A stretch of DNA of 64,000 bases from Myxococcota bacterium (lineage in GTDB: Bacteria; Myxococcota_A; UBA9042; PHBI01; JAWLBL01), in assembly GCA_041687695.1 (NCBI GenBank), contig JAWLBL010000036.1, positions 11,384-75,383 on the forward strand. Direction: 5' to 3'. Below the pieces are notes generated by a model. The model did not search any database, was not told where the DNA came from, and saw only the letters and a program-made list of their open reading frames with translations. Shown one piece after another: positions 17,548 through 27,200 of this stretch (within the stretch, counting starts at the first letter, position 1; each line of letters begins with the position of its first letter). A program made the position numbers and the translations under genes.

Positions 17548-20500
17548 TCAGGGCTCGGCGACGAGGCGGCGGGCGTCGGTGAGGGCGGAGGCCGCGAGGT
17601 CGGGGGGGATGGAAGGGGACTGGGAGAGGGCGTGGGTGCGCAGGAGGGTGGTGGCGAGGTCGGGGGTGATGTGGCCCGAGGGGAGGAGGTCGGAGTAGAG
17701 CCAGACGGCGAGGCTCGAGCGGTCGGGCAGGGTGGACTGGCCGGCGCGGTGGGCCAGGGCGGCGGTCATGGCGGTGGTGAGGAGGTCGAGGGCCTCGGTG
17801 GGGTGGTCGGGGAGGAGGGCCTCGGCGGCGTGGAGCTTGCGGCGGGCGAGCGCGGCGAGCGGGGGCTCGGTCTGGGGGGCGGTGGGGCGGGACCAGGCCT
17901 CGCGGGTCTGGGCGAAGGCGGCGCCGGCGACGCGGGTGAGGGCGGCCCAGGTGCGGCCGTCGAGGACCGCGACCGGGATGGGGCCGGCGAGGGCCTCGGC
18001 CTGGGCGACGAGGTCGGGGGTGGCGACGTCGATCAGGGCGACGAGGCCGGCCTGGGTGACGAGGAGGCGCTCGAGGTGGGCGCCGAGGACCTCTTGCAGG
18101 GCCTGGACGAGGGGGGCGAGGGACTCGTCCGGGGCCTCTGGGGGCTCGGGCGAGAGCGGGGCGACCAGGGTGTCGTCGACCGCCGGGGCGGGATCGAGGG
18201 TCGGGATCGCCACGGCTGGCGGGTCGTCCGACTCGCCGCCCGGGTGCGGGGCCGGGGTGTCGCCGAGGGCCTCGAGGGCGACCGCGAGGGCGCGGGGGGA
18301 GAGGCCGACGACGTCGTCGGTCGCCTCGGGCTCGACGGCCGCGGTGAAGAGGTCGCGCTTGGTGGCGATGAGGGCGGCGACGCGCTCTTCGTACGACTCG
18401 GCGGCGACGAGGTGGATGATCTGGACCGGCTCGCGCTGGCCGAGGCGGTGGATGCGGGCGATGCGCTGGCCGAGGGTGGCCGGGTTGTACGGCAGCTCGA
18501 GATTGACCAAGACCGTGGCACATTGGAGGTTGAGGCCCGTGGCGCCGGCGTCGGTCGAGAGGAAGACCTGGCACTCGGGGTCGTCGTGGAAGCGGCCGAT
18601 GAGGGCGCCGCGAGCGCTGGTCGGGACGCCGCCGTGCAGGCGGGCGACGCCCAGGTTCAGCGAGCGCGCGACCTCTTCGGCCATGTGGGTCATGCGCTCC
18701 CACTGCGAGAAGACGACGATCTTCTTGCCGCCGTCGACGCAGACCTCTTCGAGGATGCGGGCCAGCTCGTCGAGCTTGGGCGAGCCGACGGTCTCCTTGT
18801 CGACGAGGCCGGCGGCGTTGCAGGCCATGCGGGCGGTCTGCAGGGCGCTCAGGAGCAGCTTCTCTTCGATGGGGGTGAGGGGACGGCGGAGCTGGATCTG
18901 TTGGTATTGCTGGGCGGTCTGCAGGGCGGCGTTGTGCAGGGTGCGCTGCTTGGCGCTGAGGGCGATCTCGATGCGCTGCTCGATCTTGTCGGGGAGCTGG
19001 TCGCGGACCAGGCGCTTGTCGCGGCGCAGCATGACGGGCGCGAGGCGGCGGCGCAGCTCGGAGAGGTTGCGGTAGCCGAGGGCCTTGCCGCGCTCGTCGG
19101 TGACGTGGAAATGGGCCATGAACTGCCAGAGCGGCCCGAGGACGCGCGGGTCGACCACCTGCATGACGCTGTAGAGGTCTTCGAGGCGGTTTTCGAGCGG
19201 GGTGCCGGTCAGGACGAAGGCGTAGCGGCTGGGGATGGCCTTGACGGCGCTGGCGGTGCGGGTGCGCCAGTTCTTGATGCGCTGGGCCTCGTCGAGGATG
19301 ACGAGATCGGGGGCGAGGTCGTTGGCGATGGCCTCGCGGTCGCGGAGGACCAGCTCGTAGTTGACCAGGGTGAAGGCGGGGCGGCGGCGATATTGGGCCA
19401 GGCGCGGGGCGACGCCGCCCTGGACGATCTCGGCGTCGAGGCCGGTGAAGCGTTGGATCTCGCGGGCCCACTGGAACTTGAGGGAGGCGGGGCAGACGAT
19501 GAGGGTGTGGGCGACGCCTTCGCGGTCCATCAGGGTGCGGGCGGCGGCGATGGCCTGCAGGGTCTTGCCGAGGCCCATGTCGTCGGCGAGGAGGGCGCGG
19601 CCGGTGGCGGCGAGGAAGGCGACGCCCTCGACCTGGTAGGGGTACAGGCGCGCGCGGACGCCGGGGAGGTGGCCGCCGGAGCGGAGGATGTCGTCGCGCA
19701 GCGAGCGGGCGCGGGCGGCGTGGGCAAGGTCTTCGGCGAGGCGGCGGGCGTGGGCGGCGGCGTCTTCGGCGATGTGGACGTCGGGGAGGAGTGCCAAGGC
19801 GCGCTCGGCGTGGAAGAAGGCGTCGGGGAGGGAGCCGCGGAGGGCGCCGCGGGCGTCGAAGTGGCGGTCGAGGGCGGCGGCGGTGGCGGGGGCGAGGGGG
19901 TCCTGCCGGTGGACGCGGATCTCGGGTCCGTGGGCGGCGTCCCAGGCGACGTAGACGACGGAGGGACGGGTGTCGGCGGCCTTGGCGTCGCCCTTGCGGC
20001 GGCCCCCCTTGGCGAGCTTGTGGAGGACGGCCTCGATGTGCTTGCAGGTGCCGAGGCGGTTGGTGGCGAAGTCGGGGCAGGAGCAGGCGTTCATGCGCTG
20101 GGTGCGCGAGCGGATGTGGACCGTGTAGGGACGCAGCGACGCGCCGCTGGGGGCGAGCGAGCGGGCGGACCAGGTGCCGAAGTCGACGGCGCCGGCGACG
20201 TGCTCGACGATGACCTCGGTGCGGGCGCGTTGGACGCGCTCCGCGATGGCCTGCTCGGCGGCGCTGGCGGCGTGGCCGTCACCCGCCGCGTGGCGCGCGG
20301 CGTAGGCGGCGAGGACGGCGATGCCGTGCTTGCAGGACGGCTCGAGGTCGGCCTCCCACTCGGCGCAGCCGCAGGTGATGGTCAGCTCTCCCTCGCCGCG
20401 GCCGATCTCGACCAGGTACGGCAGGCCGAGTTGGGAGCCCTCGACGTGGGCCCACACGCGCTCGGCGTCCCAGCCGAGGTCGGTCACGCGGTGCTCGGCG

Positions 20501-20607
20501 TAGTAGGCGAGGCCGCGCTGGACGACGGCCTCGGAGGCGAGGGCACGCAGCGCCTCGGAGTCCAACAGGAACGGGTCCGCCCGAACGCCCTCGACCGCCG
20601 CCGCCAT
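17548..20607 (-). CDS. SNF2-family helicase with two N-terminal SWIM zinc fingers and a C-terminal MNT/HEPN-like region
   Basis: CGC..CKH and CSCPDF..TCKH SWIM motifs; LYPYQ, LADDMGLGKT, ILDEAQRIKN, LTGTPLENRL, STDAGATGLNLQ and QRIARIHRLGQ. The C-terminal assignment is tentative. Confidence 0.9.
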   Translation of the reverse strand: MAAAVEGVRADPFLLDSEALRALASEAVVQRGLAYYAEHRVTDLGWDAERVWAHVEGSQLGLPYLVEIGRGEGELTITCGCAEWEADLEPSCKHGIAVLAAYAARHAAGDGHAASAAEQAIAERVQRARTEVIVEHVAGAVDFGTWSARSLAPSGASLRPYTVHIRSRTQRMNACSCPDFATNRLGTCKHIEAVLHKLAKGGRRKGDAKAADTRPSVVYVAWDAAHGPEIRVHRQDPLAPATAAALDRHFDARGALRGSLPDAFFHAERALALLPDVHIAEDAAAHARRLAEDLAHAARARSLRDDILRSGGHLPGVRARLYPYQVEGVAFLAATGRALLADDMGLGKTLQAIAAARTLMDREGVAHTLIVCPASLKFQWAREIQRFTGLDAEIVQGGVAPRLAQYRRRPAFTLVNYELVLRDREAIANDLAPDLVILDEAQRIKNWRTRTASAVKAIPSRYAFVLTGTPLENRLEDLYSVMQVVDPRVLGPLWQFMAHFHVTDERGKALGYRNLSELRRRLAPVMLRRDKRLVRDQLPDKIEQRIEIALSAKQRTLHNAALQTAQQYQQIQLRRPLTPIEEKLLLSALQTARMACNAAGLVDKETVGSPKLDELARILEEVCVDGGKKIVVFSQWERMTHMAEEVARSLNLGVARLHGGVPTSARGALIGRFHDDPECQVFLSTDAGATGLNLQCATVLVNLELPYNPATLGQRIARIHRLGQREPVQIIHLVAAESYEERVAALIATKRDLFTAAVEPEATDDVVGLSPRALAVALEALGDTPAPHPGGESDDPPAVAIPTLDPAPAVDDTLVAPLSPEPPEAPDESLAPLVQALQEVLGAHLERLLVTQAGLVALIDVATPDLVAQAEALAGPIPVAVLDGRTWAALTRVAGAAFAQTREAWSRPTAPQTEPPLAALARRKLHAAEALLPDHPTEALDLLTTAMTAALAHRAGQSTLPDRSSLAVWLYSDLLPSGHITPDLATTLLRTHALSQSPSIPPDLAASALTDARRLVAEP

Positions 20608-20712
20608 CGCCGCCCTCCCCTGCCCTGCGCGGGCCTCGTCGACGGCGGGATTCGTAACATGGGTGCGGGGTTGGGGCTATGGGTTCGGAAGGAGCCCGCA
20701 CGGCCCATGCGT

Positions 20713-21129
20713 TCAGATGGGTAGGCCGAGCTCCCGGGCCGCCTGGATCTGCGCCAGGTCTCGGCTGACGAAGCGCTTCAGTGGATCGCGGTCGTGGAAC
20801 CAGCGAGCCGTGCGGAGGTGCACGAGATCCAGGGACCGGGGGGTGCTGACGACGGGCATCAGGTCGGATCGACAGAGGTCGAGGGTCAGGTCCCGCAGCT
20901 CGAACGTCTCCATGTCGTGGGCGAGGCGCTCGAGAGCGTCCTGCAGCTCGGACGGAGACAGGATGGACTGGCGCGCCAACCGGACCAGGTTCCGTTGCGC
21001 CTCGAGCACCAGGAGCGAACTCGACACGAGGACCTGCTCCCTGAGTTCGTCTCGGAGCTGGGCGCCGCCCGGCTCGTCGAGCAGGGTCGCCAGGTAGGCG
21101 GAGGTGTCGAGATAGCACCTACCGGTCAT
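20713..21129 (-). CDS. vapC: PIN-domain (VapC-like) toxin
   Basis: YLDTSAYL, SSLLVLE, RSLDLVHLRTA and FVSRDLAQIQAARELGL. Confidence 0.88.
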   Translation of the reverse strand: MTGRCYLDTSAYLATLLDEPGGAQLRDELREQVLVSSSLLVLEAQRNLVRLARQSILSPSELQDALERLAHDMETFELRDLTLDLCRSDLMPVVSTPRSLDLVHLRTARWFHDRDPLKRFVSRDLAQIQAARELGLPI

Positions 21130-21364
21130 CCGCGCGATCCTCCGCGAGGGCGTCGCTCAGACCGGGACGGCCCTTCAGGCCCGGCAAGGGGGCCAGATCG
21201 GCCTGGCCGACCCTCTCGCCGACGTGGACGGAATCGGGCGCAGCGGGCAACAGCTGAGCGACGGGGCGGCGGTGCCTGGTGATCACGATGCGCTCGCCCT
21301 GCGAGGCTGCGTCGACGAGGGCCGCGAGGTTTCGCTTCAGGTCATGGATGGGAACCGTTCTCAT
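21119..21364 (-). CDS. Phd/YefM (prevent-host-death) family antitoxin
   Basis: MRTVPIHDLKRNLAALVDAASQGERIVITRHRRPVAQLLP; overlaps the PIN gene. Confidence 0.92.
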   Translation of the reverse strand: MRTVPIHDLKRNLAALVDAASQGERIVITRHRRPVAQLLPAAPDSVHVGERVGQADLAPLPGLKGRPGLSDALAEDRADDR

Positions 21365-21370
21365 GGAGAT

Positions 21371-21398
21371 ATGGTACCAACACCGGGGCTGAACGCAA
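21371..21398 (-). promoter_or_regulatory. Sigma70-type promoter for a leaderless phd-PIN transcript
   Basis: TTGCGT-N16-TACCAT (with TGn extension)-N6-ATG; no SD sequence. Confidence 0.55.
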
Positions 21399-21463
21399 TC
21401 ACCCCACACGGCTTCAGTCGTCCCCCGCTTCCAAGGGGGCGCGAGGTCGAGTAGGGTTCGCGC

Positions 21464-22972
21464 GTGTTCGGGGCCGGGCAAACAGCGCTCGCGGGTGAGC
21501 GCCTTGAACTCTTCGCGTTCGCGACCGCGCCGGACCGGGTGATCTACCTGTGGGTGCTGCGCGCGTTCGAGCGGGCCAAGCAGCGCTACGACGTGCGGCT
21601 GGGGCCGTCGGCGGTGGCGGCCGAGCTGGACGCGCTGAGGGCCGAGCACGCCGAGGTGCCGCACCCGTCCAACCTGGCGGGGTCGCTGGACGCGCTGGTC
21701 GGCTGGGGCGTGCTGGACCGCTCGCAGGACGCCGGGCGCGCGCGCACGCTGGCCGAGTACCGCCAACGCAGCAGCATCTACGAGCTGACCGAGCTGGGGT
21801 GGCTAGCCTTCCAGGCCGTCGAGGGCGTCCTGGGCGCCCGGCCCGACGAGGCCGAGCTGCGCCGCCTGGTCTTCACGGCCGTGCTCGAAGACCTGCGCGG
21901 GCTGGCCGACGCCGCGCGCGCCCGCGACGCCGAGCAGGTCAACATCAAGCTGGACCGCATCCACAACGCGCTCGAGGACCTGACCCGCCGCGCCAGCCGC
22001 TTCCACCTGGCGCTCGGCGAGCTGATGCGCACCCAGGAGACCCGCCCCGAGGTCTTCCTCGAGCACAAGGACCGCCTGCTGGTCCACCTGCGCGAGTTCC
22101 TCCAGGCCCTCCAACAGCACCGCCCGCTGCTCGCCGCCGCCGTCCGCGACGTCGAGGCCGTCGGCGTGGACACCGTCTGCGACCTGGCCGCCGCCGCCGA
22201 CGGCCCGGTCGCCTCGACCCGCGCCGAACGCACCGAACTCTGGCGCGCCCGCTGGCGCGGCATCGCCGCCTGGTTCGTCGGCGGCGCCACCCCCTCGACC
22301 TGCGAGCGCCTCGACGCCGGCACCGCCCTCGCCATCCGCGAGCTCGCCGCCCTCCTCCGCCGCGTCACCGAGGCCCGCCACCGCGGCGTCAGCCGCGCCA
22401 CCCAGCTCGAGCTCCTCGCCGAGTGGTTCGCCGCCGCCCCCAGCGACGCCCACGCCCACGCCCTCTTCCGCGCCGCCTTCGCCCTCCCCGCCCCCCGCCA
22501 CCTCTCCGTCATGCACCCCGACCCCGACCTCGTCCGCCCCGGCGAGCGCTGGTCCGTCGCCCCGCCCGTCCCCGTCTCGACCACCCTCCGCGCCTACGGC
22601 CGCCAGGTCGGCAGCCCCGGCCGCCCCGCCCCCCTCCCCGAGCGCCGCGCCGCCCGCCGCCTCGCCCGCGAACGCCAGGACGCCGCCCGCCTCGCCTCAC
22701 GCACCGCCCAGGCCACCCTCGCCGCCAGCCCCCTGGGCGACCGCGTCCTCACCCGCCCCGAGCTGGCCGTCCTCCTGCGCCTCGTCAGCCGCGCCCTCGA
22801 GGCCCGCGTCCCCGTCTCGGCCGACCTCACCGGCCCGCTCTCGGACGTCCGCCTGGACCGCCTGCGCCTGCGCCTCACCCCTTCGCCCGACGACACCGTG
22901 GTCCGCACCGAAGACGGCCTCCTGGTCCTGACCGGCGTCGCCCTCGACGTCCAGCCCGTGCCCGCCTCATGA
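21464..22972 (+). CDS. jetA: TIGR02677/DUF2397 protein, Wadjet type II JetA (MksF-like kleisin)
   Basis: LFAFATAP, LDALVGWGVL..SQDAGRARTLAEY...YELTELG, FLEHKDRLL, WRGIAAWF and AFALPAPRHL; first gene of a four-gene overlapping operon. Confidence 0.9.
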   Translation: MFGAGQTALAGERLELFAFATAPDRVIYLWVLRAFERAKQRYDVRLGPSAVAAELDALRAEHAEVPHPSNLAGSLDALVGWGVLDRSQDAGRARTLAEYRQRSSIYELTELGWLAFQAVEGVLGARPDEAELRRLVFTAVLEDLRGLADAARARDAEQVNIKLDRIHNALEDLTRRASRFHLALGELMRTQETRPEVFLEHKDRLLVHLREFLQALQQHRPLLAAAVRDVEAVGVDTVCDLAAAADGPVASTRAERTELWRARWRGIAAWFVGGATPSTCERLDAGTALAIRELAALLRRVTEARHRGVSRATQLELLAEWFAAAPSDAHAHALFRAAFALPAPRHLSVMHPDPDLVRPGERWSVAPPVPVSTTLRAYGRQVGSPGRPAPLPERRAARRLARERQDAARLASRTAQATLAASPLGDRVLTRPELAVLLRLVSRALEARVPVSADLTGPLSDVRLDRLRLRLTPSPDDTVVRTEDGLLVLTGVALDVQPVPAS

Positions 22973-24285
22973 CGAGCCGCCCCGCCCTGCCCGACCTCGA
23001 CCTCCCCGCCTACCAGCGCGCCGCACGCCTCTTGCTGACCCACCGCGTCCTGACCGCCGCCTGGCCCGACCCCGACGCCCTCCCCCTCGTCCGCCGCTTC
23101 GCCGCCGACCTCGACCGCGACCTCGACGCCCTCGCCGCCCTGCGCCTCGTCACCACCCCCGGCGGCGCCCGCCTCGTCGGCCCCGCCGACCACCTCGACC
23201 CCTTCGCCGGCCCCGACCTCGACCGCCGCCGCTACGCCCTGCTCGCCCTCGCCCTCGCCGTCCTCGAGCGCTCGGGCCTGCAGGTCACGCTCTCCGACCT
23301 GTCCGCCCGCCTCCGCCCCGCCGCCGAAGCCATCGCCGGCCTCGGCTTCGACCCCGACCGCCACGCCCACCGCCGCGACTTCTGCGTCGCCGTCGAGTGG
23401 CTGGTCACCCGCGGCGCCCTGCGCCTGACCGACGGCTCCCTCGAGGGCTGGCGCCGCGGCGACCCCGACGGCGAGGCCCTGTACGACATCGACCGCGACG
23501 TCTGCCGCCTGCTCTTCCACCCGCCGGCCGCCCTGCACGAGCTGGGCTCGGCCGCCCGCCTGCTGACCGCCCCGCCCGCCGACGACGCCGCCCGCGACAC
23601 CCGCCGCCTCGCCACCCGCCAGCGCCTGGTCCGCGCCCTGCTCGAGCAGCCCGCGCTCTACCTCGACGACCTGACCGACCTCGAGCGCCGCCACCTGCAG
23701 ACCGAGGCCGCCGAGATCGCCCGCGACGTCGAGCGCCTCACCGGCGCCCACGTCGAGCGCCGCCGCGAGGGCCTGGCCCTCATCGACCCGGGCGCCCGCC
23801 ACGCCGGCCCGCGCTTTCCGCAGGGCGGCTCGGACGTGCAGTGCGCGCTGCTCCTGGGCGACTGCATCCTGCGCTTCATCGCCGGCGACGACGCCCGCGA
23901 GCAGGTCCGCGTCCCGACCCGCGCCGAGCTCACCCAGTCGCTGGTCCGCGAGCTGGACGACGCCCTGCCGCCCCGCGCCCTAGACCCCGAAGCCGCCCTC
24001 GACCGCGCGCCGCCGGACGCGCAGGCCACGCTCCCGCTGGTCCCCGCCGCCTTCCTCGCCGCCGAGGCCGAGCGCCTCCGCGTCGAATATGCCGCCCATC
24101 TCCGCGCCGATCTCCAGGGCGACTCGGCCGCCCTCCTGGCCGCCGCCCTGCGCGTCCTGACCGAGTTCGACCTGGTCCGCCCCGTCCCCGGCGGCCTCGT
24201 CGCCATGCCCGCCCTCGCCCGCTACCGCGAGGTCGCCGTCCGCCGCGCCGCTGCTCCGCTCCTCGACCTCCTGGACGCCCGATGA
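22969..24285 (+). CDS. jetB: TIGR02678/DUF2398 protein, Wadjet type II JetB
   Basis: ATGA overlap with jetA; RAARLLL, DRRRYALLALALA, RQRLVRALLEQP, VERRREGLALID and PALARY. Confidence 0.9.
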   Translation: MTSRPALPDLDLPAYQRAARLLLTHRVLTAAWPDPDALPLVRRFAADLDRDLDALAALRLVTTPGGARLVGPADHLDPFAGPDLDRRRYALLALALAVLERSGLQVTLSDLSARLRPAAEAIAGLGFDPDRHAHRRDFCVAVEWLVTRGALRLTDGSLEGWRRGDPDGEALYDIDRDVCRLLFHPPAALHELGSAARLLTAPPADDAARDTRRLATRQRLVRALLEQPALYLDDLTDLERRHLQTEAAEIARDVERLTGAHVERRREGLALIDPGARHAGPRFPQGGSDVQCALLLGDCILRFIAGDDAREQVRVPTRAELTQSLVRELDDALPPRALDPEAALDRAPPDAQATLPLVPAAFLAAEAERLRVEYAAHLRADLQGDSAALLAAALRVLTEFDLVRPVPGGLVAMPALARYREVAVRRAAAPLLDLLDAR

Positions 24286-27200
24286 GCCCACCGACCCTCC
24301 AGCCTGCCGCACCGAACGGCCGCTTCAAGCCGACCCGCGCCGGCATCATCAACGTCTGGGACTATGCCGACGAGACGTTCCAGTTCGCCGACGGGCGGCT
24401 GGTCCTGCGCGGCGCGAACGGCTCGGGCAAGACCAAGGCGCTCGAGGTGCTGTTCCCGTTCGTGCTCGACGGGCGCATGGACCCGAGGCGCCTCGACCCC
24501 TTCAGCGGCGAGGCGCGCACCATGGCGTCGAACCTGCTGTACGGCGGGCGGACGTCGGCCTACGGGTACGTCTGGATGGAGCTGACGCGCCCGGGTCAGG
24601 GCGGCGCGGCGCCCGAGCGGGTGACCATCGGGGTGGGGCTGCAAGCGCGGCAGCACGCGACCGGGGTCGAGTCATGGTTCTTCGTGACCTCGCTGTCGCT
24701 GGGCGAGGGCTTCGGCCTGGTCGACGAAGAGCGGCGGCCCCTGACGCGGCAGGCGCTGACCAAGGCGCTGGGCGAGGCGCACGTGTTCCGCCGGGCGACC
24801 GACTATCGGCGCGCCATCGACGCGCGGCTGTTCGGCCTGGGTGAAGAGCGTTACGAGGCGATGCTGGATCTCGTGCTGACCTTGCGCCGGCCGCAGCTGG
24901 CCAAGGACCTCGACCCCGAGCGGCTGTCGGCCATCCTGACGCAGGGGCTGCGGCCGCTCGACGACGGGCTGCTGGGCGAGATCGCGGCGGCCTTCGACGA
25001 TCTGGAGGTCGTGCAGCAGCGCCTCGAGCAGTTCGAGCGGGCCGAGCGGGCCATCGACGAGGCGCTGGAGGCCTATCGGCAGTATCTACGCGCGCAGGCC
25101 AGCCAGCGGCTGTCGGTCTGGCGCGGCGAGGCGACGCGGCTGGACGCGGCGCGGACGCGCGAGGGCGAGCTGAGGGGCGCGCTGGCGCTGGCCGAGGCGG
25201 CGCGGGAGACCGAGGCCGGGGCGGTCGAGCGGCACGAGCGCGAGGTCGAGACCGCGCGGGCCGAGGCGACCGCGCTGGAGCAGAGCGAGGCGTTCAAGAA
25301 CGTGGCGGCGCTGGAGCAGCTGGCGCAGCGGGCGGCCGAGGCGCGGGCGCGGGCGGACGCGGACGCCCGGGCGCTGGCGCGGACGCGAGACGAGCTGGCG
25401 CGGCGCGAGCGGCGGCGGGACGAGGCGCGGCAGGCCAGCGCGTCGCGTGAGCGCGAGGTGACGACGCTGGCGGCGCGGGTCGCCGAGGGCGCCGAGGCCG
25501 CGGGGGTGCTGTGGGAGGCGGCGCCGCTGGGCGAGGGCGAGGGCCGCGAGCGGCTGTCGGCGGGGCTGACCGCGCGCGACAGCGAGGTGCAGGCGGTGCG
25601 CGAGGCGCTGGCGCGGGCCGAGCGGGCCGCGGAGGCGCTGGAGCAGGCGGGGCAGCGAGTGGCGCAGGCCGAGGACGCCGAGGCGCGCGGGGCGCAGCGG
25701 CTGGAGGCGGCGGGCGCGCGGGCCGAGGAGGCGCGGGCGGCGCTGTTGGCGGCGGTCGAGGCGTGGGCCGCCGAGCGGGCGGCGGACCTGTTGGTGCCCG
25801 AGGACGTCCAGGCCTTGCGGGCGGCGGTGGCGCAGGTGGGCGAGCCGGACGCGCCGGGGCTGGACGCGGTGCTGCAGGCGCGGACCGAGGGGCTGCGCGA
25901 GGGGCTGGTCGCCGAGCGGACGCGGCTGTCGGCCGAGCGAACGCGGCTGCAGGGCGAGGTGAATCGGGTCGAGGCGCTGCGGGCCGAGATCGCGGCCGAG
26001 CGGGACGACGCGCCGGCTCCGCTGCCGTTCAGGCCGGCTCCGCGCGAGGGGCGGCCGGGTGCGCCGCTGTGGCGGCTGGTGCGCTTTCGCGAGGGGCTGT
26101 CCGTGGCCGAGCAGGCGGGGCTCGAAAGCGCGCTGGAGGCGGCTGGACTGCTGGACGCCTGGGTCGACCCCCAGCCGGCGGGGGACGGGGACGAGCGATT
26201 GGACGCGTTCGTCGAGGCGCGGGCGCCGGTCGCCGGGCCGACCCTGGCGGACGCGCTGGAGGTCGAGGACGAGCCGTCGGTGCCGGCCGCGCGGGTCGCC
26301 GCGATTTTGGCGAGCGTGCCGTTGGATGCGCTAGGCGCGGACGGGGTCGGGGTGACGGCGGCTGGGCGCTTTGGGCTGGGGCCGCTGCGGGGCGCGTTCC
26401 GGCGGGCCGAGCCGCAGTTCATCGGGGCGACGGCGCGGGCGGCGCGGCGGCGGCGGCGGCTGGCCGAGCTGGCGGCCGAGGCGCGCGGCCTGCAGGCCGA
26501 GCTGGGGCAGGTGCTGGCCGACTCGGCGGCCGTGGCGGGGCGGCTGGAGGCGCTGACGGCCGCGCGCAAGGCGCTACCGGGCGCGGGGGCGCTGACGGCC
26601 GCGTTGAAGGCGGTAGAGCGTGCCGCGGGTGAGCTGAGCGCGCTGCGGCGGGCGACCGAGGAGGCCAAGGCGCACAAGGACCGGCAGCAGCGCGAGCTGA
26701 ACGAGCGGCGGCGCGCGCTGGCCGAGGCGGCGCGCGAGCGGCGGACGCCCAGCGACCGCGCCGGGCTGGACGCCTTGGGCGAGCGCCTGGCCGCGACGCG
26801 GCGCGACCTGGAGGGGTTGGAGCGGGCGGTCGACGCGCTGGCCGCGGCGGTACGGCGCGCCGAGGAGGCCACGGCCGACCACGCGCGGCAGGCCGAGGCG
26901 ACCCGCGCGGCGGCGGAGGCGGCGGCGGGGTCGGAGGGCAACGCCGAGGAGCGCGAGGCGCAGCTGGCCTCGCTGCGGGCGACCGCCGGGGCCGACGCGG
27001 ACGCGGTGCTGCGAGCGCTGGAGGCCGCCCGGTGCGCCGGTGAGGTCGCGGCGCAGGCCCTGAAGGCGGCCCGCGGGCGCGCCGAGAGGGCCAGCAACGA
27101 GGCGGCCGGGCTGGCGGCCTCGCTCGAGGCGCAGCGGCAGACGCTCGCCCAGGCGCTGCAGGCCGAGGCCGCGGCGCGCGAGGCCCTGGCGGTCTTCACC

